Shown: one piece after another, positions 17,420 to 23,969 of the stretch
How positions within the stretch are numbered: position 1 is the stretch's first letter
How the letters are laid out: each line of letters starts with the position of its first letter
Assembly: GCA_016700135.1 (NCBI GenBank)
Contig: CP065004.1
Location: 1,416,137 to 1,448,136 of the forward strand
Source of the DNA: Candidatus Saccharimonadota bacterium
GTDB taxonomy: Bacteria > Patescibacteriota > Microgenomatia > UBA1406 > GWC2-37-13
Reading direction: 5' to 3'
Length of the DNA: 32,000 nucleotides
The notes under the pieces: generated by a model
Databases searched by the model: none
The model's input: the letters and a program-made list of their open reading frames with translations, nothing else
What the model was told of the DNA's origin: nothing
Made by a program: the position numbers and the translations under genes

Positions 17420-17447
17420 AGATGTTAGTTCCCTATGAGTGCCATAT
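16362..17447 (-). mobile_element. IS481-like insertion sequence (boundaries tentative)
   Basis: Single rve/DDE transposase ORF. Inverted repeats ATATGGCACTC (16362..16372) and GAGTGCCATAT (17437..17447) continue imperfectly inward (TTTAGG versus ATAGG). No clear target-site duplication was seen. Confidence 0.55.
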
Positions 17448-17532
17448 CTTTCGTAACTTATTCAGAGAAAAATGAATCCTTTTTAATATATGTATATATA
17501 AAGAGGGTCTGTATTTATCCGAACTCTAGTGC

Positions 17533-17538
17533 TACAAT
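17533..17538 (+). promoter_or_regulatory. -10-like hexamer TACAAT 9 nt upstream of the helicase ATG
   Basis: Seen directly. No convincing -35 element and no Shine-Dalgarno motif. Confidence 0.2.
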
Positions 17539-17547
17539 GTGACCACT

Positions 17548-20500
17548 ATGGCAACCGACTCGGTAAAACTGAATACATCGCAACAGCAGGCTGTCGAATA
17601 CCACAAAGGACCGCTTCTTATTGTGGCCGGAGCCGGTACCGGCAAAACGACTACACTCGTCGAAAAAATCAAGTATCTCATCAAGAATGACCATGCAAAG
17701 CCTGAGGAAATTCTTTGCCTGACTTTCACCGACAAAGCGGCCTATGAAATGGAAGAACGTGTAGACCGTGCCATGCCGTACGGATATTTTCAGATGTGGA
17801 TCTCGACATTTCACAAGTTTGCAGACGAAATCCTGCGCGACGATATTTATCATCTCGGACTTAATCCAGGTTATGATCTGATGACTCAGGCACAGTCAAT
17901 CCTCTTTCTCAAAAAAAATCTCTTTCACCTCAATCTCAAATACTACCGTCCTGTCAGCAATCCCACAAAATTTGTCGAAGGGCTGCTGCAGCATTTCTCC
18001 AGGCTTCATGATGAAGATATTTCTCCTGAGGAGTATAGTAAGTGGGTAAAAAAACTTTCGAAATATTCTCATTCCGTCCGCCGGCTGGCGGATGATCCGG
18101 AATCCAGGAACAAAAAAACTGGATCCCTGGTCATGCCTGGGATGACAACGGAACAAAATATAAGCACTGAAGAAATCCAGCAATACCAGGAACTTTCCGA
18201 TGCATACGCTACCTATCAAAAGCTCAAAATCGAACATGACGTCATGGATTTTGACGATCTTATTTATTATCTGATCAAACTTTTCCGGGAAAGACCGAAT
18301 GTTTTAAAGCAGTATCAAAACAAATTTAAGTATGTATTGGTTGACGAATTCCAGGATACGAATATCGCACAGTACGAACTCATAAAGCTCCTCTGTCCCA
18401 TAAAAACCAATCCGAATTTGACCGTCGTCGGAGATGATTCTCAGGCAATCTATAAATTCCGCGGAGCATCTGTCTCCAACATTATGACCTTCATGGAGGA
18501 CTATCCGCAGGCAAAGCAGATAAGTCTTGTAGATAATTACCGATCCAATCAAACCATACTTGATCATGCCTATAATCTCATCCAAAACAATAATCCCGAT
18601 ACCCTTGAAAGTAAATTGGGTATCTCAAAAGAGCTGGTCGGACATAAAAAAAATATAAAAGAAGCCGTACAGTTTGAGTTGTTTGCACACGGTGATCAGG
18701 AAGCGGATTGGATTGCAGAGTGTATCGCCGGTTACTTGCAGGATAAAACCTATACCTTCCAGGATTTTGCAATTTTGGTAAGAGCGAACAATCACAGCGA
18801 TCCGATCATCAATGCCTTGAAGCGTGAAGGTATTCCCTTTCAGTTTTTAGGGCCGGGAACGTTATTTAAGCAACCTGAGGTCAAAGATCTGATCGCTTAT
18901 CTGCAAGTTCTCGCTGATCTGAATGATACAGTTTCACTATACCGCGTTCTTTCCATGGATCATTTCGGAATTGATGAACAGGACCTGGTTCTCTATCTCT
19001 CCTTTGCGAAAAAAATTTCCCTTTCTCTTTTCCAGTCACTTGAAGTGGCACTTTCCTTTTTCCATGAAGATTGGTGGAGAGAGGAGTTTGAAGTTTATCG
19101 CGAACATTTACCGCTCGTAAAAGAAGAAACAAAAGAGAAACTAATCCAGATAATCTCCATGATAAAAAAGCATCTCACCCGACTCCGCAAGGATTCAGCC
19201 GGTGAGATCGTGTTCCAGTTCCTGGAAGATACCGAATACCTCAAGAAACTCAGCAATCCTGAAAATGAGTATGATCAGCGAAGAACATTGAACATAACGA
19301 AGTTTTTCCAGAAACTAAAAAGTATGGAGAATGAAATTGAAGACAGTTCGGTTTTTGCCGCAGTCGAGTATATCAATATGAGTCTGGAGATGGGTGAATC
19401 TCCTTTGGCATCCGAGTCTGATGCGGTTCAGACGAATGCTGTAAATATTCTCACGGTGCACGGTGCAAAAGGTTTGGAGTTTCCTGTCGTTTTTCTCCCG
19501 AATCTTATAAACGGCCGTTTTCCTACCCGCCGCAGACGGGAACAGATTCCGATACCTGATGCTCTGATAAAGGAGACAATGCCGAGCGGAGATTATCATA
19601 TTCAGGAAGAAAGGCGGCTGTTTTATGTGGGGATCACCCGTGCAAAAGACAGGCTCTTTTTGTCCGCTTCTGAAATATACGGTGAAGGAGTACGGAAACA
19701 ACGCATATCGCCGTTTGTAGCCGAAACAATCGGTGCCGAAAAAGTCACCGGCAAATCCGCAAAGCAATCCGAACAAAAAGAACAGCTATCCATTTTTGAT
19801 TTTAAGAAAAAGGAAGAAGATCCTCCGATACCAATCCCGACCGAGGTTAAAAATCTTTCATACAGCCAGATCAGTACCTATGAACTCTGTCCCCTGAAAT
19901 ACAAATATCAGTACGTACTGAAAATCCCGACAGGACCCCACGGTGCGGCTTCATTCGGAAGCTCTGTGCACAACGCTCTGCAGAAGTTCTATCAGTTGTT
20001 TACGAAAGACAATGAAGTCGGGCTCACACATCTTCTGAATCTGCTTGAATCTTCCTGGATCCCGGTCGGCTATACCTCCCGGGAGGAACAGACGAAACAA
20101 AAAGAAGAAGCACGTCAGATGCTCGAAAACTATTTTCATTCTTTTCATACTCCTGAGATTGCAGTCAAAGATCTGGAGAAACTCTTCAAAATCAAAGTAG
20201 GAAGTGATGTATGTCTTACCGGAAAAATTGATCGGGTGGATGAAAAGGCTGACGGAGCGATCGAGATCATCGACTACAAAACCGGCAACATGCCTGATGA
20301 AAAGAAACTCAGGAAAGATATGCAGCTTGCCATATATGCAATGGCTGCAAATGACTACGGATTGTATCGCAAACCGATTGAAAAAATTAACCTTTCCTTC
20401 TACTATCTCGCCCATCGTGAAAAGGTAACGGTTACAAGAAACGAAGAAGATATTCACGATGTGAAGCTGAAAGTCAGAGAGATTGCTGATAAAATCCGCA

Positions 20501-20577
20501 TGGGAGAGTTCCCGGCACGTACCGGTCCGTGGTGTGCACGGTGTGATTTCAGAATGATCTGCGAAGCCTGGCAGTGA
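17548..20577 (+). CDS. UvrD/PcrA-family superfamily-1 helicase fused to a C-terminal PD-(D/E)XK (Cas4/AddB-like, 4-Cys) nuclease
   Basis: The ORF track starts at a GTG at 17539, and the first ATG is at 17548. It has Walker A GAGTGKTT, motif II VDEFQDT, TVHGAKGLEF and VGITRAK. The C-terminus has CPLKYKYQY, GKIDRVDE, EIIDYKTG and CARCDFRMIC, which gives one plus three Cys as in Fe-S nucleases. Confidence 0.9.
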   Translation: MATDSVKLNTSQQQAVEYHKGPLLIVAGAGTGKTTTLVEKIKYLIKNDHAKPEEILCLTFTDKAAYEMEERVDRAMPYGYFQMWISTFHKFADEILRDDIYHLGLNPGYDLMTQAQSILFLKKNLFHLNLKYYRPVSNPTKFVEGLLQHFSRLHDEDISPEEYSKWVKKLSKYSHSVRRLADDPESRNKKTGSLVMPGMTTEQNISTEEIQQYQELSDAYATYQKLKIEHDVMDFDDLIYYLIKLFRERPNVLKQYQNKFKYVLVDEFQDTNIAQYELIKLLCPIKTNPNLTVVGDDSQAIYKFRGASVSNIMTFMEDYPQAKQISLVDNYRSNQTILDHAYNLIQNNNPDTLESKLGISKELVGHKKNIKEAVQFELFAHGDQEADWIAECIAGYLQDKTYTFQDFAILVRANNHSDPIINALKREGIPFQFLGPGTLFKQPEVKDLIAYLQVLADLNDTVSLYRVLSMDHFGIDEQDLVLYLSFAKKISLSLFQSLEVALSFFHEDWWREEFEVYREHLPLVKEETKEKLIQIISMIKKHLTRLRKDSAGEIVFQFLEDTEYLKKLSNPENEYDQRRTLNITKFFQKLKSMENEIEDSSVFAAVEYINMSLEMGESPLASESDAVQTNAVNILTVHGAKGLEFPVVFLPNLINGRFPTRRRREQIPIPDALIKETMPSGDYHIQEERRLFYVGITRAKDRLFLSASEIYGEGVRKQRISPFVAETIGAEKVTGKSAKQSEQKEQLSIFDFKKKEEDPPIPIPTEVKNLSYSQISTYELCPLKYKYQYVLKIPTGPHGAASFGSSVHNALQKFYQLFTKDNEVGLTHLLNLLESSWIPVGYTSREEQTKQKEEARQMLENYFHSFHTPEIAVKDLEKLFKIKVGSDVCLTGKIDRVDEKADGAIEIIDYKTGNMPDEKKLRKDMQLAIYAMAANDYGLYRKPIEKINLSFYYLAHREKVTVTRNEEDIHDVKLKVREIADKIRMGEFPARTGPWCARCDFRMICEAWQ
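18069..18107 (+). repeat. expanded hairpin-repeat copy F inside the helicase CDS
   Basis: The sequence is TCATTCCG-TCCGCC-GGCT-GGCGGA-TGAT-CCGGAATCCAG. Its ends match the family ends (TCATYCC ... GGAATCCAG). The outer stem is ATTCCG/CGGAAT, with a nested 6-bp stem TCCGCC/GGCGGA. Confidence 0.6.
18119..18146 (-). repeat. 28-nt hairpin-repeat copy E inside the helicase CDS
   Basis: The reverse complement is GTCATCCCAGGCATGACCAGGGATCCAG. It matches copy D at 26 of 28 positions and has one stem mismatch. Confidence 0.85.
20055..20089 (-). repeat. possible degenerate hairpin-repeat copy G inside the helicase nuclease domain
   Basis: CTGGATCCCGG is an exact 11-mer match to the reverse complement of copy A. 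A stem TCCCGG/CCGGGA with a 13-nt loop follows, then GGAAC. It may instead be native coding sequence. Confidence 0.3.
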
Positions 20578-20612
20578 AAGTAATAATGAGTGTTACGCAA
20601 ACGTACTTCGTT

Positions 20613-20640
20613 GTCATCCCGGACTTGATCCGGGATCCAG
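20613..20640 (+). repeat. 28-nt hairpin-repeat copy A
   Basis: GTCATCCCGGACTTGATCCGGGATCCAG, with 8-bp stem ATCCCGGA/TCCGGGAT and loop CTTGA. Confidence 0.9.
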
Positions 20641-20641
20641 T

Positions 20642-20655
20642 GTAATCCTGAACTT
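20642..20655 (+). repeat. half-copy of the hairpin repeat
   Basis: GTAATCCTGAACTT matches the first 14 nt of copy B (GTCATCCTGAACTT) at 13 of 14 positions. No second arm follows. Confidence 0.45.
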
Positions 20656-20679
20656 TGAGCCAAAGGCTCATCGTTTTTT
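20656..20679 (+). terminator. intrinsic terminator candidate after the helicase gene
   Basis: TGAGCC-AAA-GGCTCA followed by TCGTTTTTT on the plus strand. Confidence 0.55.
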
Positions 20680-20688
20680 GGACGGGTT

Positions 20689-21408
20689 TCAGGATCTTCT
20701 ATACCTCAACACTACTTCATCATCCAGTTTCTCGACATTCAGAAGTTCAAACTGAGGCACTGCATCGGAAGGGAACAAAATTCCTTCAGTCATCGTGAGA
20801 GTTTTTCCCGGTAGCGATCCGAAGATCTTCGGTGCAATTGTGAGATGGACTTCGTCGAGTACATTCTCTTGAAGTAACTGCGCGATCAGTGTCGGGCCGC
20901 CGTCAATGAATACGTTTTGATGACCTTTTGAGTTGAGATAACGGATAAGATCTGCAATCTGTACATGCCCTGCGCCTTCTGTGACCTTTTCAACATTAAA
21001 TGCCTGACTTACTTCACCGGTAATTTCTGTAGATGAATTCGTCAAAATCGTCGGTTTATATCCGTGATCGTTTGCAAGTTTCGATGCCAACTCTTCATCA
21101 GGGGAGGTTGTCAGAATGATAAACTCAGGAACACCTTCTTTGCCGATCTCTTTCCTGAATCCCTGATACATCTCATCATTGATCGTACGGATCGTGTATT
21201 TTCCGAATTGCATCGCGGTATTTTTTGCATCCACGATCGCATCGGCATGAGCTCTCAGATAGGTAAAATATTCGTAATCCTTTTTTGATCCGATCGGCCA
21301 GTATCCTTTCTCTTTTACGATAATCTTCCCGTCGATACTCGATACAAAACTGGTGAACATATACGGCCGGTTTGCGGGTTTTTGAAAATCAAATGGTTGA
21401 CGTGTCAT
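20689..21408 (-). CDS. RibD C-terminal-domain / dihydrofolate-reductase-like reductase
   Basis: The ORF track extends to 21480, but that N-terminal extension (..SVIPGLTWEP..) is a translation of repeat copy C. The ATG at 21408 gives MTRQPFDF... The body has FVSSIDGKI and FIDGGPTLIAQLLQENVLDEVHLTIAPKIFG, typical of the RibD_C/DHFR-like family. Confidence 0.8.
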   Translation of the reverse strand: MTRQPFDFQKPANRPYMFTSFVSSIDGKIIVKEKGYWPIGSKKDYEYFTYLRAHADAIVDAKNTAMQFGKYTIRTINDEMYQGFRKEIGKEGVPEFIILTTSPDEELASKLANDHGYKPTILTNSSTEITGEVSQAFNVEKVTEGAGHVQIADLIRYLNSKGHQNVFIDGGPTLIAQLLQENVLDEVHLTIAPKIFGSLPGKTLTMTEGILFPSDAVPQFELLNVEKLDDEVVLRYRRS

Positions 21409-21419
21409 GTTGTTTTTTA

Positions 21420-21447
21420 CTGGTTCCCAGGTCAAGCCTGGGATAAC
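21420..21447 (-). repeat. 28-nt hairpin-repeat copy C
   Basis: The reverse complement is GTTATCCCAGGCTTGACCTGGGAACCAG. It lies 11 nt upstream of the reductase ATG. Confidence 0.85.
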
Positions 21448-21475
21448 AGACAAGTAAATTAAATATATTATAACT

Positions 21476-21503
21476 GTCATCCTGAACTTGATTCAGGATC
21501 CAG
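21476..21503 (+). repeat. 28-nt hairpin-repeat copy B
   Basis: GTCATCCTGAACTTGATTCAGGATCCAG, with a perfect 8-bp stem. It lies 2 nt beyond the GIY-YIG stop codon. Confidence 0.9.
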
Positions 21504-21505
21504 TT

Positions 21506-21796
21506 TTATTTTATCATTTCTTTATAAAGATCATTCCATTGCGGATTTTTCGACTCGATTAGCTCTAATTTCCAGGCTCTTTTCCAAGCTTTTAACTGTT
21601 TTTCACGCCTTAAAGCTCGATTTACATCATTAAATACTTCATAATAAACGAGAATATGTACGTTATACTGAGCAGTAAATCCTTTCACTATTTTATTTCT
21701 ATGTTCCCAAGTACGTTTAATCAGATCAGAAGTAACTCCAATATAAAGTGTTCCGTTGCGTTGACTTGCCAATATGTATACAAAATATGTTCCCAT
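21506..21796 (-). CDS. small stand-alone GIY-YIG nuclease-domain protein (COG2827 / UPF0213 type)
   Basis: The ORF track extends to 21838, but the extra MHCHPRLDLGSSTI is a translation of repeat copy D. The ATG at 21796 gives MGTYFVYILASQRNGTLYIGVTSDLIKRTWEHRNK..GFTAQYNVHILVYYE...REKQLKAWKRAWKLELIE..NPQWNDL, the classic GIY-YIG short-form pattern (96 aa). Confidence 0.88.
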   Translation of the reverse strand: MGTYFVYILASQRNGTLYIGVTSDLIKRTWEHRNKIVKGFTAQYNVHILVYYEVFNDVNRALRREKQLKAWKRAWKLELIESKNPQWNDLYKEMIK

Positions 21797-21803
21797 TATT
21801 GTG

Positions 21804-21831
21804 CTGGATCCCAGGTCAAGCCTGGGATGAC
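21804..21831 (-). repeat. 28-nt hairpin-repeat copy D
   Basis: The reverse complement is GTCATCCCAGGCTTGACCTGGGATCCAG, with a perfect 8-bp stem. It lies 7 nt upstream of the GIY-YIG ATG. Confidence 0.9.
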
Positions 21832-21880
21832 AATGCACCTGTAAAGAATTTCAAGCGGATTATAAACATTAACTTCTCCC

Positions 21881-22555
21881 TTAGTTCACAATCACCTTCG
21901 ATTTTTTTGCATCCTTTTTCAGCCAGTTCACACCGATATAGACAAGAGGTGTCTCAATGACGGACATCGAACATTTAAGAAGCCAGTACGGCAGAATCAA
22001 ACTGAACAAGAAGGAAACATTCTCATCAAATCCGCGATCCAGAGAATAAAATGCCAAGGTCATAAAGAGCGCAGTATCAATAAACTGTGCAATAAAGTTC
22101 GAAGCATTGTTCCTCAGCCATAACTTACTTTTTCCCATTCTCTTTCTGATTTTGCTGAAAATCGCAATATCCAGAAAGTCGGCAACTGCAAACGCAGTCA
22201 GACTTGCGATGGTAATACGTAATGATTTTCCGAAAACAGAATCATAGGCCGCTTCACTCTCCGCAAATCTGCCGGAAGGGGGAAGAGAGATCGAAAGAAC
22301 GATAAAGAGCATCAACAGAACGATCATCGTGAGACCCGTTCGGACAATACTCCGTGCGCGCTCCGCTCCGTATACTTCAATAACAACGTCATTGATGGTA
22401 AACAACAACGGAAGAAGGAATATTGCAACACTGGCATTCAAAGTATACGTCCCGAAAGTCACAAGAGGAAATGTTTTGGCACCCATCAGTTCCGAAACGA
22501 TAATCCCGAAAATGTATACTCCAACCAGAAGATCCATTTTTTGAATGTTGAACAT
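21881..22555 (-). CDS. yhhQ: queuosine-precursor (preQ0/preQ1) transporter, YhhQ/VUT family
   Basis: 224-aa membrane ORF. PLLFTINDVVIEVYG, ADFLDIAIFSKIR and NASNFIAQFIDTALFMTLAF match the DUF165/YhhQ family pattern. Confidence 0.8.
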   Translation of the reverse strand: MFNIQKMDLLVGVYIFGIIVSELMGAKTFPLVTFGTYTLNASVAIFLLPLLFTINDVVIEVYGAERARSIVRTGLTMIVLLMLFIVLSISLPPSGRFAESEAAYDSVFGKSLRITIASLTAFAVADFLDIAIFSKIRKRMGKSKLWLRNNASNFIAQFIDTALFMTLAFYSLDRGFDENVSFLFSLILPYWLLKCSMSVIETPLVYIGVNWLKKDAKKSKVIVN

Positions 22556-22576
22556 AAAAGCGATTATATCACGAAG

Positions 22577-23959
22577 TCATACAGTCTTCTGTATGTTTTC
22601 TTCATTTTGTTCAATAAGCGTGTGAATTTGCCGATACAGTTCCGCTATCAAATAGAGTGAACCCGTAATGACCAACATGGTATTTGGTTTTTTTCGTGCC
22701 TGATGAAATGCATCAATCACAGGAACTATTTTCTGAATGTTTCCGACATGATATTTTCTTGAAAGCATAAGTTCGATATTTTCCGCAGGCTCCCCTTCCA
22801 TCGGCAGGACTTGCTCACTGAAATCAAATCTCGTCACATACACAGTGTCTATGATAGGAATAATGTATTTCAACATTGAAAGGTAGTCTTTGCCGTGTTT
22901 GAACGCAATCAGAAAATCGAATTTAGTGTTGGGGTGTTTCTTTTTCAGACTGCGGATAAATGCGGACATTTTCTGGGGATTATGCGCTCCGTCAATAATA
23001 ATTCTTTTCCCCTCAATGACTACCTCATCGAATCGACCCGGTGTACGAACCGAATTGAGGACTTCACGAACAATCCGCTCATCAAGTGCAAATCCGTCAC
23101 GTACTGAAGTCTCATGTACGGCAGATAACGCCAGGCTTGCATTCTCTACCTGAAATAATCCGTTTAGTGAAAGAACAATGTTCTTCCAGTGAACGGTCTT
23201 ATAGTGATAATCAAACATAAGTTGGCCGTTCTTGGTCTTAATGTTTCTGAATGTCTCCCCGGGTATCACCGTACTGAACTGTGCATCCATATTTCGTACC
23301 CGCTCTTCCACAACTTTCTGTGCTGTCGGCCGCTGTTTGATACTCACGGCAATATTTCCTTTATGAATAATATCTGCTTTCTGACCTGCAATCGCTTTCA
23401 GTGTTTTCCCCAGAATATCAATATGATCCAGACCGATTTTACTGATGACTGCGATCTTGTTTTTACTGTTTGCAACATTGGTGGCATCAACACGACCGCC
23501 AGCCCCGGTTTCCATGACTGCATAATCCGCTCCTTCTTTGAAAAAAATATAGTAAGCAAGCACAATCATAATTTCAAAAAATGAAGGATTCCCGTACTCA
23601 GTATCTGCCATTTGATGTATGGCCGGAATCATTTCATTTATGTACTGAAGGAATGTCTTTTCGGGAAGTAACTGCTGGTTGATCGATGCACGCTCACGGA
23701 TATCATACAGATGAGGAGAAATACTGACGCCTACTTTCATCCCGTGTCCCTGTAGCAAACGGCTGATGATGGCGACAGTTGAACCCTTTCCTGAAGTGCC
23801 AGCAACATGGATGACTCTAATCTTGTTTTGAGGATCACCCATAAGTTTTGCCAGCTGAACGACTCTCTGAAAACTGAAGTCAGCCGACTTCTGCTCAGAG
23901 TTTGACTTTCTGAAAGAAAAAAGATAATCCTGTGCTTTCGTGAGTGAGGTAAACTTCAT
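22577..23959 (-). CDS. folC: folylpolyglutamate synthase / dihydrofolate synthase (Mur-ligase family)
   Basis: 460-aa ORF with the P-loop HVAGTSGKGST, then ISPHLYDIRER, ETGAGGRVDATN and IIDGAHNPQK. Confidence 0.88.
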   Translation of the reverse strand: MKFTSLTKAQDYLFSFRKSNSEQKSADFSFQRVVQLAKLMGDPQNKIRVIHVAGTSGKGSTVAIISRLLQGHGMKVGVSISPHLYDIRERASINQQLLPEKTFLQYINEMIPAIHQMADTEYGNPSFFEIMIVLAYYIFFKEGADYAVMETGAGGRVDATNVANSKNKIAVISKIGLDHIDILGKTLKAIAGQKADIIHKGNIAVSIKQRPTAQKVVEERVRNMDAQFSTVIPGETFRNIKTKNGQLMFDYHYKTVHWKNIVLSLNGLFQVENASLALSAVHETSVRDGFALDERIVREVLNSVRTPGRFDEVVIEGKRIIIDGAHNPQKMSAFIRSLKKKHPNTKFDFLIAFKHGKDYLSMLKYIIPIIDTVYVTRFDFSEQVLPMEGEPAENIELMLSRKYHVGNIQKIVPVIDAFHQARKKPNTMLVITGSLYLIAELYRQIHTLIEQNEENIQKTV

Positions 23960-23969
23960 CGTCAGATAC

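Noticed and set aside
17515-17853. 112-aa minus-strand ORF overlapping the helicase 5' end, and other minus-strand ORFs within 17.9-20.5 kb
   Set aside because: They are antisense to a helicase ORF with all SF1 motifs in order and have no motifs of their own.
20454-20663. 69-aa minus-strand ORF containing WIPDQVRDD
   Set aside because: It overlaps the helicase 3' end, and its N-terminal part is simply a translation of hairpin-repeat copy A. This is an ORF-calling artefact.
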